Source: Candidatus Sigynarchaeum calidifontis (lineage in GTDB: Archaea; Asgardarchaeota; Lokiarchaeia; Sigyniarchaeales; Sigyniarchaeaceae). Taken from it: 18,241 nucleotides of DNA. The translations under genes were made by a program, and so were the position numbers. The stretch spans positions 1 to 18,241 of the forward strand of contig JAUQYZ020000060.1 in assembly GCA_030587475.2 (NCBI GenBank), in the 5' to 3' direction. Under the pieces are notes generated by a model. The model was not told the origin of the DNA and ran no database searches. It worked only from the letters and a program-made list of their open reading frames with translations. Below are positions 7,348-15,616 of this stretch, in pieces (the first letter of the stretch is position 1; every line of letters starts with the position of its first letter).

Positions 7348-7410
7348 GCACGATGAGAAATGATGCGAGTATATCGCCTTCCATGTAGGCCGGGATGAAT
7401 TTTTTGCTTC

Positions 7411-7505
7411 CGATTGGAATGTAGTGGTACCACGATGTAGCCGCAGCGGAAGTCGCGGCTGGATCACCACAATGCAGTCTCGCACAAGGCGGGGCAAGGA
7501 GGGGG
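7411..7505 (+). repeat. Degenerate second copy of the 16S rRNA 3' end and trailer
   Basis: 7437-7483 matches 116-162 at 41/47 nt without gaps. Weaker similarity extends upstream (gtagtggtaccacg vs gaagtcgtaacaag) and downstream (aggcggggca vs aggcgggcca). Confidence 0.85.
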
Positions 7506-7520
7506 AGCTCGAGCTCCCCC
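7501..7520. repeat. Perfect 20-bp palindrome (hairpin, possible terminator or binding site)
   Basis: GGGGGAGCTCGAGCTCCCCC, about 65 nt downstream of the Rab gene stop. Confidence 0.8.
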
Positions 7521-7585
7521 GATCTTCATTTCCAATGGCACTTTTCCAACGCTGCACACCCCCGCTGCAACGCTTTGACGTCGAT

Positions 7586-8692
7586 TCAATCTTGCGCGTC
7601 TTTTATCTTGGAACGAGCATAGCCGCGAGGATTCCGCTTTCCTCGATGCTCCTGCGCCTCACGTGCCCTCAAGGCAAGATCTCGAAAAGATTCCTCCACG
7701 TGTTCGCCCGTGAACGCGGACGTGAGAAACACGCGACAAGATAATTCTTGAGACAAGTTGCGGATTTCTTCATCGCTAACAGCACGTTTTTCGGACATGT
7801 CGAGTTTATTTCCGATAACATGGCACGGGACGTTTCCAAGGACCGAAATTGCATCATCGTGCCAAGCCTTGACGTTTTTAAATGTTTCATGACTCGTTAG
7901 GTCAAAAACGATGATGATACCTTGTGCCCCCTTGTAGAAATTCTTCCGGGCTCTACTAAACTTCGATTGACCAGCGATATCCCAGAAAACGAGTTCTATT
8001 TTTTCGCATCCGATATTCAAAACTTTATCACTCAAGTTCGTTCCGATTGTAGGTAGATATGTCTGGCGAAAAGCATTATCGGTGAATCGAAGAATGAGTG
8101 ATGTTTTCCCGACCGCCGGATCGCCGATCACGATGATCTTGTACACGGAATCCATTTCTTTATTGTTACCAGCTGTGCCTGATTCATCAGGGAATTCGTC
8201 GTCACCATTTCGTCCTAATTCATGCGAACGCAGTTCCTCTAACCGGTGCGTCATGGTCCTGAAAAAAGCATCAATGAGTGGTTGTTTCACGGGATGCTTA
8301 TTTTTCTCGAGTTCAACAATTTCTTTTGCATAATCATCGAAAATTTTTTCGAAATCAATTAAATACTTGTAAAAAATAGCATCGCTTGTCTCGCCGATGA
8401 TCAACGACAGCGTCGACAATCCGCGAAAACCACGCGAACCAGGATCTTGATATGCAAGGCAACGCACGACGATTTTAGCGGCAGCGTCCGGAAGAGGCAA
8501 GATGGCAAGTTTCTCGGGCACGGAATCTGATCCAGAGATGATATTCATCGAGGTGATAGCGTATTTGTCGACTAAATCCTTCTCCAAAGACGGGTACCAA
8601 ACAGCAGGAACGGGGCCAATGCGCTGGTCAAACTTGGAATACACGGCAGCCTGGATGATTTTTGTACCCAATAGCTCGTTCATTTTTTTCAT
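7586..8692 (-). CDS. Rab-like small GTPase with an N-terminal longin/uDENN-like domain (Asgard eukaryotic-signature-type protein)
   Basis: G1 GDPAVGKT, G2 PTIG, G3 WDIAGQ, G4 NKLD and G5 TSA are in the C-terminal half. The N-terminal YSKFDQRIGPVP resembles the F-D-x(2,3)-G-P start of longin/uDENN domains. No C-terminal cysteine prenylation motif. Confidence 0.88.
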   Translation of the reverse strand: MKKMNELLGTKIIQAAVYSKFDQRIGPVPAVWYPSLEKDLVDKYAITSMNIISGSDSVPEKLAILPLPDAAAKIVVRCLAYQDPGSRGFRGLSTLSLIIGETSDAIFYKYLIDFEKIFDDYAKEIVELEKNKHPVKQPLIDAFFRTMTHRLEELRSHELGRNGDDEFPDESGTAGNNKEMDSVYKIIVIGDPAVGKTSLILRFTDNAFRQTYLPTIGTNLSDKVLNIGCEKIELVFWDIAGQSKFSRARKNFYKGAQGIIIVFDLTSHETFKNVKAWHDDAISVLGNVPCHVIGNKLDMSEKRAVSDEEIRNLSQELSCRVFLTSAFTGEHVEESFRDLALRAREAQEHRGKRNPRGYARSKIKDAQD

Positions 8693-8797
8693 CGTTCAAA
8701 TTATCGTTAAAACTCCTTAATGTTGTTTTCGGGCAACGAGGTACGTGATCCTTGCAATGATAGTGATGGTTGATGTAGTAACAACGCCACGCGCCGA

Positions 8798-9502
8798 CTA
8801 CCGGCGTGGGTTCCTTACCAACGAGTCCATAGCAGCCAGCGAGAGCCACGCGAGCACGCCGATGAGCGGCAACCATTCGAGGAACGCCATCGACCAGAAT
8901 CCCGCCGGCCGCAAGGTCGCGAGCATCTCCAGCGAATCGATGTCGGTCAATTTGAATGTGGGGGTGAAAGCGAACATGTCTATCAGGAACGCGGCGAAGC
9001 ACGCAGCGACGCCGATCCCCGCGATGCTGAGCCATTTTCCAACACGCACGTCTTGCTGGCGGGCTATCGCGAGGGAAAAGATCACGACCGTCACTGCCCC
9101 GCCGAAGAAAAACACCATGGCCGAGAGCCCGTGGGCAAGGATATTCCCGTCGGCCGGGAACACGCCCACGAGGAAGCCACCGATCCCCGACACGATGCCA
9201 AGCAGTCGAGCAAGGCCGCCAAGGCGCGAGGGCAAGTAAAACCGTGTCCCCCAGATGAAGACCATCATCAGCACCGAGCCGGCCATCAGCCCGGTGTTGA
9301 ACACCCACGCCAGCGGGGATTCGCTCGACATGCCCAGCTCCGATATCATGTGGTTCAACATGGAATAGCCCTCGTGCGCGTATCCCGTGAACCCGATCGC
9401 CGTGATCAAGCAGCTAACGCCGATGATGGCGCAGCCCGCGATCCCCATCGCCTCGAAGGGGACTTTCGTCCCCGGTGCGGATGGTCCCGTCCCGTTCGCC
9501 AT
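8798..9502 (-). CDS. DUF998-family multi-pass membrane protein
   Basis: YSMLNHMISELG, WVFNTGL, GVFP and HGLSAMVFF motifs with about 6 hydrophobic segments. Likely start is MANG at 9502 (track start 9577). Confidence 0.8.
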   Translation of the reverse strand: MANGTGPSAPGTKVPFEAMGIAGCAIIGVSCLITAIGFTGYAHEGYSMLNHMISELGMSSESPLAWVFNTGLMAGSVLMMVFIWGTRFYLPSRLGGLARLLGIVSGIGGFLVGVFPADGNILAHGLSAMVFFFGGAVTVVIFSLAIARQQDVRVGKWLSIAGIGVAACFAAFLIDMFAFTPTFKLTDIDSLEMLATLRPAGFWSMAFLEWLPLIGVLAWLSLAAMDSLVRNPRR

Positions 9503-9797
9503 GGATGATGGTATGCTGTCTAACAAAATAAAGGTGGAGGGGAGGGAATTGACCGACATGTAGGGAGTCCCCGGCATACATCGCTATTACGAAACGCAAG
9601 AAACGATGCCGGACGGGCACGTCAAGCTCATCCTGAAAGACCGCAGCTCCAGGGAGATCGTGCCGAAAATCAAGGAAAGATCCAGAGACACGCTCTGCTG
9701 AATCGTTTCTTGGAAGGTCGATGAAGATAGAGGCCATGTGCCTTCCAAGTTTCTCCTTGTACTGCATATTCTTAACACCTGGTGACCTAGTTGTTGC

Positions 9798-10649
9798 ATG
9801 GACGTCGATTTTGAAAAAGAAAAGGCCTGGTGGGATGCAAAGGCCCCGCACGAGGAATCGGACGAGCGGGATGAATGGGTCAACAGGGCCCTCCGGTGGA
9901 GGGAAATCGAAAGATCATTAGATGGCGTCGAATCGATCCTCGATATAGGTGGGGGTACCGGCGCGTTCTCCATCCCGCTTGCCGAGCGCGGGTTCGACGT
10001 GACACATCTCGACATCTCGCCCGAGATGCTCTCGAGAGCCAGAAAGAAGGCAGGAAACTTGAAGAATATCCGCTTCGTTGAGGGAAACGCGTCCGACTTG
10101 AACGGAATTCCAAGCAGCTCATTCGACCTCGTCTTGAACATGGATGGTGCCATCTCCTTCTCCGGCACGCTGTACAGGAAGGCGATAGCGGAGACGTGCC
10201 GCGTCACGAGGAAACGGGTCTTGATCACCGTATCACACCAGGCCTTGATGAGCGCCATCTGGGTTGACGGGAGCGTGCAAGAATCGGGACGGATCCTCGA
10301 TGCCGTTGGCGCGATGTTCGACAGCGGCGAGTGGCACCAGGACCAATTCGCGGACAACAAGCTATTGAGCAAAGGCTGCACGCAAGATTATTTTGGAGCA
10401 TTCAAGGCCTTCTTACCCGCCGAGTTGAAGCAATTGCTGGAGAACGAGGGAATGGTGGTGACCAAATGCAAGGGGCTGGGCACCTTGGCACTTCTATGCA
10501 GCGAGGCTGCCTTGAAGAAAGTGGCGAAGGATGCAGGGCTGAAAGTCAAATTTCTCGACTTGTGCGAGGTGTATGACGAAAATATGTTGCCAGGCGGGTT
10601 CGGGACGAGGCAGCGGGCGGGTTTGCTGGCGATCGGGACGAGACGATAA
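9798..10649 (+). CDS. Class I SAM-dependent methyltransferase
   Basis: ILDIGGGTG, VTHLDISPEML, FVEGNASDL and SSSFDLVL motifs. Confidence 0.92.
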   Translation: MDVDFEKEKAWWDAKAPHEESDERDEWVNRALRWREIERSLDGVESILDIGGGTGAFSIPLAERGFDVTHLDISPEMLSRARKKAGNLKNIRFVEGNASDLNGIPSSSFDLVLNMDGAISFSGTLYRKAIAETCRVTRKRVLITVSHQALMSAIWVDGSVQESGRILDAVGAMFDSGEWHQDQFADNKLLSKGCTQDYFGAFKAFLPAELKQLLENEGMVVTKCKGLGTLALLCSEAALKKVAKDAGLKVKFLDLCEVYDENMLPGGFGTRQRAGLLAIGTRR

Positions 10650-10700
10650 AGGATGGGAAAACCTTAAAGATGTAGGAGGGGGAATCACAAACGGAACACC

Positions 10701-11054
10701 ATGAAGCTCCAGTACAAGATCGCGCTCTTTTCGATCGCCTTTCACGTCATCTCCTTGATCATCGATTTCGACACGATATTGCTCGTCCTGGCGATCTTGT
10801 TCACGGCCTTCGCGGCGATCAGCTTGCTACCGTCAAAGTCACAAGCATTGAACTTGTTATGGCTGGTTTCGAGCTTGTTGGCCATTGCTTATGCAATTTA
10901 TTTCGCGTACGACACGATCCCGAACACGGCATTCAATTGGGTGAACATCCTCGTGAGCGCGCTGAAAATCGTGGGCGGCTTGTCCGGCGTCATCGCGGTC
11001 ACGTTCGGGCTCGAGTTGAAGCACGAGGAAAGCCTCGATACAGCACCTGCATGA
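10701..11054 (+). CDS. Hypothetical small membrane protein (about 4 TM helices)
   Basis: 117-aa hydrophobic ORF filling the gap between same-strand genes. Confidence 0.7.
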   Translation: MKLQYKIALFSIAFHVISLIIDFDTILLVLAILFTAFAAISLLPSKSQALNLLWLVSSLLAIAYAIYFAYDTIPNTAFNWVNILVSALKIVGGLSGVIAVTFGLELKHEESLDTAPA

Positions 11055-11121
11055 AAGATTCAATTACCTTCATTCTACCCAGCCGTACAGCCTTTTTAAC
11101 TCGTGGTGCCTTGAGCCACTC

Positions 11122-11787
11122 GTGAGGTACCATAGCATATTCGATGTCATCGGGCACGTGATGGTCGGCCCGAGCTCGTCGCACACGGCCGGGGCATGCC
11201 GCATTGCCTACATCGCCCGGATCCTTTTCGGCCGGAAACCAACAAGGGTCGAGATAAGCTTGCATGGCTCGTTCGCTGAAACTTACCTGGGACACGGCAC
11301 CGACGCCGCCATCTTGGCCGGCTTGCTTGGCATTCCCCCGGATGACGAGCGGATCCCGAGTTCCAAGGAATTAATCGCGAAGGAAGGCATCAGCTACGAG
11401 TTCAGGACCGTTGATCTCGGTGCTGATTATCACCCCAACACGGTTGTCCTCGAGATACAAGATGACCAAGACAAGCTCGTCGTCGTCGGGGAGTCCATCG
11501 GCGGCGGCAACGTGGTGATCAAGGAGATCAACGGCTTGGAAGCGGGGTTCACGGGGGAATTCCCGACGCTCGTGATCGTGAACCGCGATCGCGTTGGTGT
11601 CATCGCCCGAATCGCGGATACAATCTCACGTTTCAAGATCAACATCGGGACCATGAAGCTCGATCGTGACATGCACAAGAAGATAGGGATCTGCTGGATG
11701 GAGCTCGATTCAGCCGTTCCAGATGATTTAATAAAAGCAATCGAGGGACTCCAAGATATCGTGTCGGTGAGGTTCATTAATGTTTGA
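11122..11787 (+). CDS. sdaAB: L-serine ammonia-lyase, Fe-S-dependent, beta subunit (C-terminal ACT domain)
   Basis: SIFDVIGHVMVGPSSSHTAGA, LHGSFAETYLGHGTD, HPNT, SIGGG, and ACT-like DRVGVIARIA...NIGTM. Confidence 0.95.
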   Translation: MRYHSIFDVIGHVMVGPSSSHTAGACRIAYIARILFGRKPTRVEISLHGSFAETYLGHGTDAAILAGLLGIPPDDERIPSSKELIAKEGISYEFRTVDLGADYHPNTVVLEIQDDQDKLVVVGESIGGGNVVIKEINGLEAGFTGEFPTLVIVNRDRVGVIARIADTISRFKINIGTMKLDRDMHKKIGICWMELDSAVPDDLIKAIEGLQDIVSVRFINV

Positions 11788-12652
11788 GAGCATTGCACAG
11801 CTATTGAGCGAGGCCGATCGCCAGAAGCGCTTACTCCATGACGTGATCATCGACGACGAGGTCGAGTACATGGGAACATCCAGGGACGCGGTTCTCGCAC
11901 GGATGCGCCGGTCCCTCGACGTGATGAAACGCTCGCTAGTAAAGGGCTTGGAAACGGATCCCGTGCTGCCCATCAAGGAAGCCATGCACATGGCAGTGAA
12001 GATGGCCGCGCCGGCCGTGTTCCTCGGGAAGGACATGAAGGAAGCGGCGCGCTGGGCAATGGAGATTGCCGAACACAACAGCGGCATGGGCTTGATCGTT
12101 GCGGCGCCTACAGCAGGGTCGTCAGGCGTGCTGCCAGCAGCCCTCTTCAAGGCCAAGGAATTGCTTGGCAAGGATGACGAGGCCGTCTTCCACGCGATGT
12201 TCGTGGCAGCGGCAGTGGGCGCGATCATCGGCAACCGCGCCACGCTGTCGGGGAGCGAGGCGGGTTGCCAGGCAGAAGTGGGCGTCGCATCCGCGATGGC
12301 AGCGGCGGGGATCGCGTACATGGCTGGCGGGAATTCATCGCAATTGGATAACGCGATCGCGATCACGCTCACGAATATCATGGGCCTCATCTGCGACCCG
12401 ATCGCGGGGCTCGTGATCTCGCCGTGCATCAAGCGCAACGCCATGGGCGTGTTGAACGCCTTTCTCGGGGCGGAGATGGCATTGTCCGGGGTCAATTCGA
12501 TCGTGCCGGCCGACGAGGTCATCGATGCCATGATGAAGGTGGGGAAAAAACTCCCGCCAGAACTCAAGGAGACGGGTCTTGGTGGCATCGCGGATACCCC
12601 GACCGGGCGACGCATCAAGCAAGACATTTTCAAGGATGCCAGTGGCAAGTGA
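11780..12652 (+). CDS. sdaAA: L-serine ammonia-lyase, Fe-S-dependent, alpha subunit
   Basis: IVAAPTAGSSGVLP, GCQAEVG, GLICDPIAGLVISPCIKRN (three Fe-S cysteines) and LKETGLGG. Overlaps sdaAB by 8 nt. Confidence 0.95.
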   Translation: MFESIAQLLSEADRQKRLLHDVIIDDEVEYMGTSRDAVLARMRRSLDVMKRSLVKGLETDPVLPIKEAMHMAVKMAAPAVFLGKDMKEAARWAMEIAEHNSGMGLIVAAPTAGSSGVLPAALFKAKELLGKDDEAVFHAMFVAAAVGAIIGNRATLSGSEAGCQAEVGVASAMAAAGIAYMAGGNSSQLDNAIAITLTNIMGLICDPIAGLVISPCIKRNAMGVLNAFLGAEMALSGVNSIVPADEVIDAMMKVGKKLPPELKETGLGGIADTPTGRRIKQDIFKDASGK

Positions 12653-12826
12653 AGGTCCAGGAAATATCAGCGGGCGTCAGAAGTAACAGCGTCCTCATCG
12701 CGGTGCCTCAACCGCCTCGGTCAATCTTGACTTCATCATCCGCGCGTGCATGGAACATGGCCGGGAGCAGAAAACCATTTTGAGTTCCGGGTAGAAGTAG
12801 GTAACAGAACGAGCGAGTGACCCCCC

Positions 12827-13600
12827 GTGCCATCGAAAAAAGAAAAAATTATCGCTATCATCCCGGCCCGCATTGGATCCACGCGATTACCGCGAAAGGT
12901 GCTGCTTCCCATCGGCGGGAAGCCAATGATCCAGGTGATCTACGAGAATGCCCTCGGTGCCAAGCATGTGGACGAGGTATACGTGGCCACGGATTCGGAA
13001 GAGGTGAAGCGTGCCGTCGAGGCTTTCAACGGCAAGGTTAAGATGACGCCCGCTGAAGGCATCCACTCGGGAAGCGATCGCGTGGCGTTCGCGGCGCGGG
13101 GGATCCAGCACGACATCGTCGTGAACATCCAAGGTGATGAACCCTTCATGACCGGCCGGATGATCGACGAGGCAATCGAGCCGTTGTTGAAAGATGAAAA
13201 TCTCCCCGTGAGCACGCTATGCCGCGAGATCACCCGCCCGGAAGAATTTGACGAGCCCGGCGTGGTGAAGGTCGTCCGGGACCTGGAGGGGAACGGGATG
13301 TACTTTTCCAGGGCCAGGATCCCTTACCCCAGGAATACGGAAGGCATCAAATATTTCGAACACCTCGGCATTTACGTTTTCCGGAAGGATTTCCTCCAGG
13401 AGTTCGTGACATGGAAACCCACGGCCCTCGAAAAGGTCGAATCACTCGAAATGCTTCGCATCATCGAGCACGGGGTTAAATTAAAAGTTCCTGTCACGCG
13501 AGAAGACACGTTCTATTACTTGTCCGTGGACACCGCCGAGGACCTCGCGAGGGCAAATGAATACATGAAAATCCGAGCCAAGATGGGGGAAAAAAAATGA
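12827..13600 (+). CDS. kdsB: KdsB-like cytidylyltransferase (CMP-Kdo synthetase family), canonical nucleotide site
   Basis: IIPARIGSTRLPRK, VATD, SGSDR, NIQGDEP, YFSR, HLGIY and SVDTAEDL motifs. Confidence 0.88.
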   Translation: MPSKKEKIIAIIPARIGSTRLPRKVLLPIGGKPMIQVIYENALGAKHVDEVYVATDSEEVKRAVEAFNGKVKMTPAEGIHSGSDRVAFAARGIQHDIVVNIQGDEPFMTGRMIDEAIEPLLKDENLPVSTLCREITRPEEFDEPGVVKVVRDLEGNGMYFSRARIPYPRNTEGIKYFEHLGIYVFRKDFLQEFVTWKPTALEKVESLEMLRIIEHGVKLKVPVTREDTFYYLSVDTAEDLARANEYMKIRAKMGEKK

Positions 13601-14850
13601 CTAGCTCGAACATGCCAGGGACGAATAACAAGCTGCTCGACGCGATCCAGGCGGAATTACCGCCACGGACCGCGACCCTGCTTGACGAGGCCACGAAAGC
13701 CATCGTGCAAGCGAAGAAACATGGCGGGAAAGTCGTCGTAGTCACGGGCTCCGGCCCGAACATCCACGAGGGTGTCACGACCCTGGTGGCTGGACTGATC
13801 CGGCAAGAGATCGTCGACGGGGTCATCACGAGCAGCGCGGTCATCGCCCACGAGCTCGCTGGATCCCTCGACAAGGTCAAGCGGTTCCCCGGCGCGGAAC
13901 TCGGCCTCGGCTTGCAAGAGCCGATGACCTACACGAAGCCGCCGGCCGGCAAGTACTTCTTGCCAAGGGGGGAGGTGTTCGAGATCACGGAGCTCACCGA
14001 CGAGGAAATCGACACGATATCTGCCGATTTTCCCGTGGACAGGGAATTCTTGAAAAAAGCACGCGCCATCGATGGAAAGATCATCATCAAGGCAGCGGGC
14101 AACATGGCATACCCCATGGGGCCGAGAACCGAATTATTGGCATCGATGCTACTCGAAGCGTGTAATAAAGAGCGGGAGCCGCTCGAGGCTATCGCGGGCC
14201 TGGGCGCAGATCCGATGACCATGATCGGTGCAGCCAGCGCCCGTGGCGTTCCCGTGCTCGTGAGCATCCCGCAAATGGTCGGAGGCGGGAACGTGGGCAT
14301 ATGCATCGGGGATTCGATCTCGATCAAGGATCGTTGCGCGCGCATCGCGAGGTTGCTCGGCAGCGCGGCGGTGATCGTCGAATCCGCGCTGGCGCTGGCG
14401 CAAGAAATCCACGATGGCCCGTTCGAGACCTACACGGGCCACGGCATATGGGCACCGTTCACGGGAACGCCGGCCTACACGCTACGGGACAAGCATCTAG
14501 TCCGCATCGACCTCGACCCGGCGCTCCAGGCAGTCTGGGAAAAGGAACGCGCGGGCGGGGACGTGCAAAAAGCGATCGACGACGGCAAGCCCAAGACAAA
14601 GCTATTCAACGTCCCGTTCCGCATGGAGATGAGCGGCTTCGCGAGGCTCGAGAGGTCGATACCGGTCATCGGGGACATCGGCGCGATATGGCCGCTGCTC
14701 GCCCGCGGGGTCGCCGAGGGACTAGGGAAACGGCTCGATTTCACCAGCTACCCGCAAGGCACGCCGCAAGGACAGGCCATGCGGGAATGGATCGTAGAAA
14801 ACGTGTCATTCTTCGACATGGCGAGATTCAAAGCCAAGACGAGGCGATGA
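13597..14850 (+). CDS. Hypothetical protein, probable deoxyhypusine-synthase-like (DHS) NAD-binding fold
   Basis: KVVVVTGSGPNIHEGVTTLVAGLIRQEIVDGVITSSAVIAHE and AASARGVPVLV resemble the DHS-like/GSU2086-type pattern. Translationally coupled (ATGA) to the first KdsB. The fold call is by pattern recognition only. Confidence 0.6.
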   Translation: MTSSNMPGTNNKLLDAIQAELPPRTATLLDEATKAIVQAKKHGGKVVVVTGSGPNIHEGVTTLVAGLIRQEIVDGVITSSAVIAHELAGSLDKVKRFPGAELGLGLQEPMTYTKPPAGKYFLPRGEVFEITELTDEEIDTISADFPVDREFLKKARAIDGKIIIKAAGNMAYPMGPRTELLASMLLEACNKEREPLEAIAGLGADPMTMIGAASARGVPVLVSIPQMVGGGNVGICIGDSISIKDRCARIARLLGSAAVIVESALALAQEIHDGPFETYTGHGIWAPFTGTPAYTLRDKHLVRIDLDPALQAVWEKERAGGDVQKAIDDGKPKTKLFNVPFRMEMSGFARLERSIPVIGDIGAIWPLLARGVAEGLGKRLDFTSYPQGTPQGQAMREWIVENVSFFDMARFKAKTRR

Positions 14851-14856
14851 GCACAC

Positions 14857-15612
14857 GTGGTAACAAAGAATAAGGCCATCCTCGTCATGATCCCGGCGAG
14901 ATTCAATTCAGAAGAGATATTCTGCAAGACCCTTGCTGACATCGGGGGCAAACCCATGATCCAGCACGTCTACGAACGTGTCGGGATGGCCACGGGGGTC
15001 TCCAGGGTCATGGTCGCATGCGATCACGAGAAGATAAAGCAAGTCGTCGAGGGATTCGGCGGCCAAGCAATCCTCACGGGCAAGCACATCTGCGGCAGCG
15101 ACCGGATCGTCGAAGCTTACGTGAAATTGGAGGAAAAATTCGACGTGATCGTCGACGTGCAGGCAGACGAGCCATTCGTCGAACCGCGCATGATCGAGGA
15201 GGTCACCAGGCCGCTGCTCGACGACCCGGCGATCCCCATGGCGACTATCTGCTGCGAGTTCGGCAGCGATGCAGACTGGAAAAACCCGTTCAACGTGAAG
15301 GTCGTCAAGGGAATCGATGGCTTCGCGCTTTACTTCACGAGGTCGCCCGTCCCGTATCCCCGCAACAAGGAAACGGGCGCGAAGCTCTTCCAGCACGTCG
15401 GCATCTACGCGTGGCAAGGCTGGTTTCTCGAGAAATACCCGCCAAGACCCTCGCCACTAGAACTCGCCGAGTCGCTGGAACAATTACGCGTGCTGGAAAA
15501 CGGGTACAAGATCAAGGTGGTCGAGACCACGACCAGGTACAAGAAGGTCGCCGTGAACACGCCCGAGGACCTGGAACGGGCACGCCAGCTCATGGCGAGC
15601 AGCCGCGGGTGA
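14857..15612 (+). CDS. Second KdsB-like cytidylyltransferase paralog with altered catalytic motifs
   Basis: IPARFNSEEIFCK, QADEP, YFTR, HVGIY, ESLEQLR and AVNTPEDL motifs. Confidence 0.85.
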   Translation: MVTKNKAILVMIPARFNSEEIFCKTLADIGGKPMIQHVYERVGMATGVSRVMVACDHEKIKQVVEGFGGQAILTGKHICGSDRIVEAYVKLEEKFDVIVDVQADEPFVEPRMIEEVTRPLLDDPAIPMATICCEFGSDADWKNPFNVKVVKGIDGFALYFTRSPVPYPRNKETGAKLFQHVGIYAWQGWFLEKYPPRPSPLELAESLEQLRVLENGYKIKVVETTTRYKKVAVNTPEDLERARQLMASSRG

Positions 15613-15616
15613 TCGC

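Larger units (their letters stand above)
7085..7375 (-). repeat. Copy 2 of the ~290-bp direct repeat
   Basis: Aligns with ~6120-6411 at an offset of about 962-964. Confidence 0.92.

Noticed and set aside
6120-7375. Composite transposon or integron reading of the repeats around the GNAT
   Set aside because: No transposase or integrase, terminal inverted repeats or attC-like ends were seen. The repeats look like expression units.
6271-7433. Longer track versions of the peptide ORFs (6157..6387, 7119..7433) and overlapping frames (6110..6334, 7063..7284)
   Set aside because: Upstream of the shared ATG the two copies differ by indels and run through their TATA boxes. Synonymous-biased divergence holds only in the 37-aa frame.
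9558-9701. ATG-TAG followed by an in-frame 31-aa ORF (9606-9701) as a pyrrolysine readthrough or small gene
   Set aside because: No recognisable family, no pyl genes in the window and no paralog to test coding constraint.
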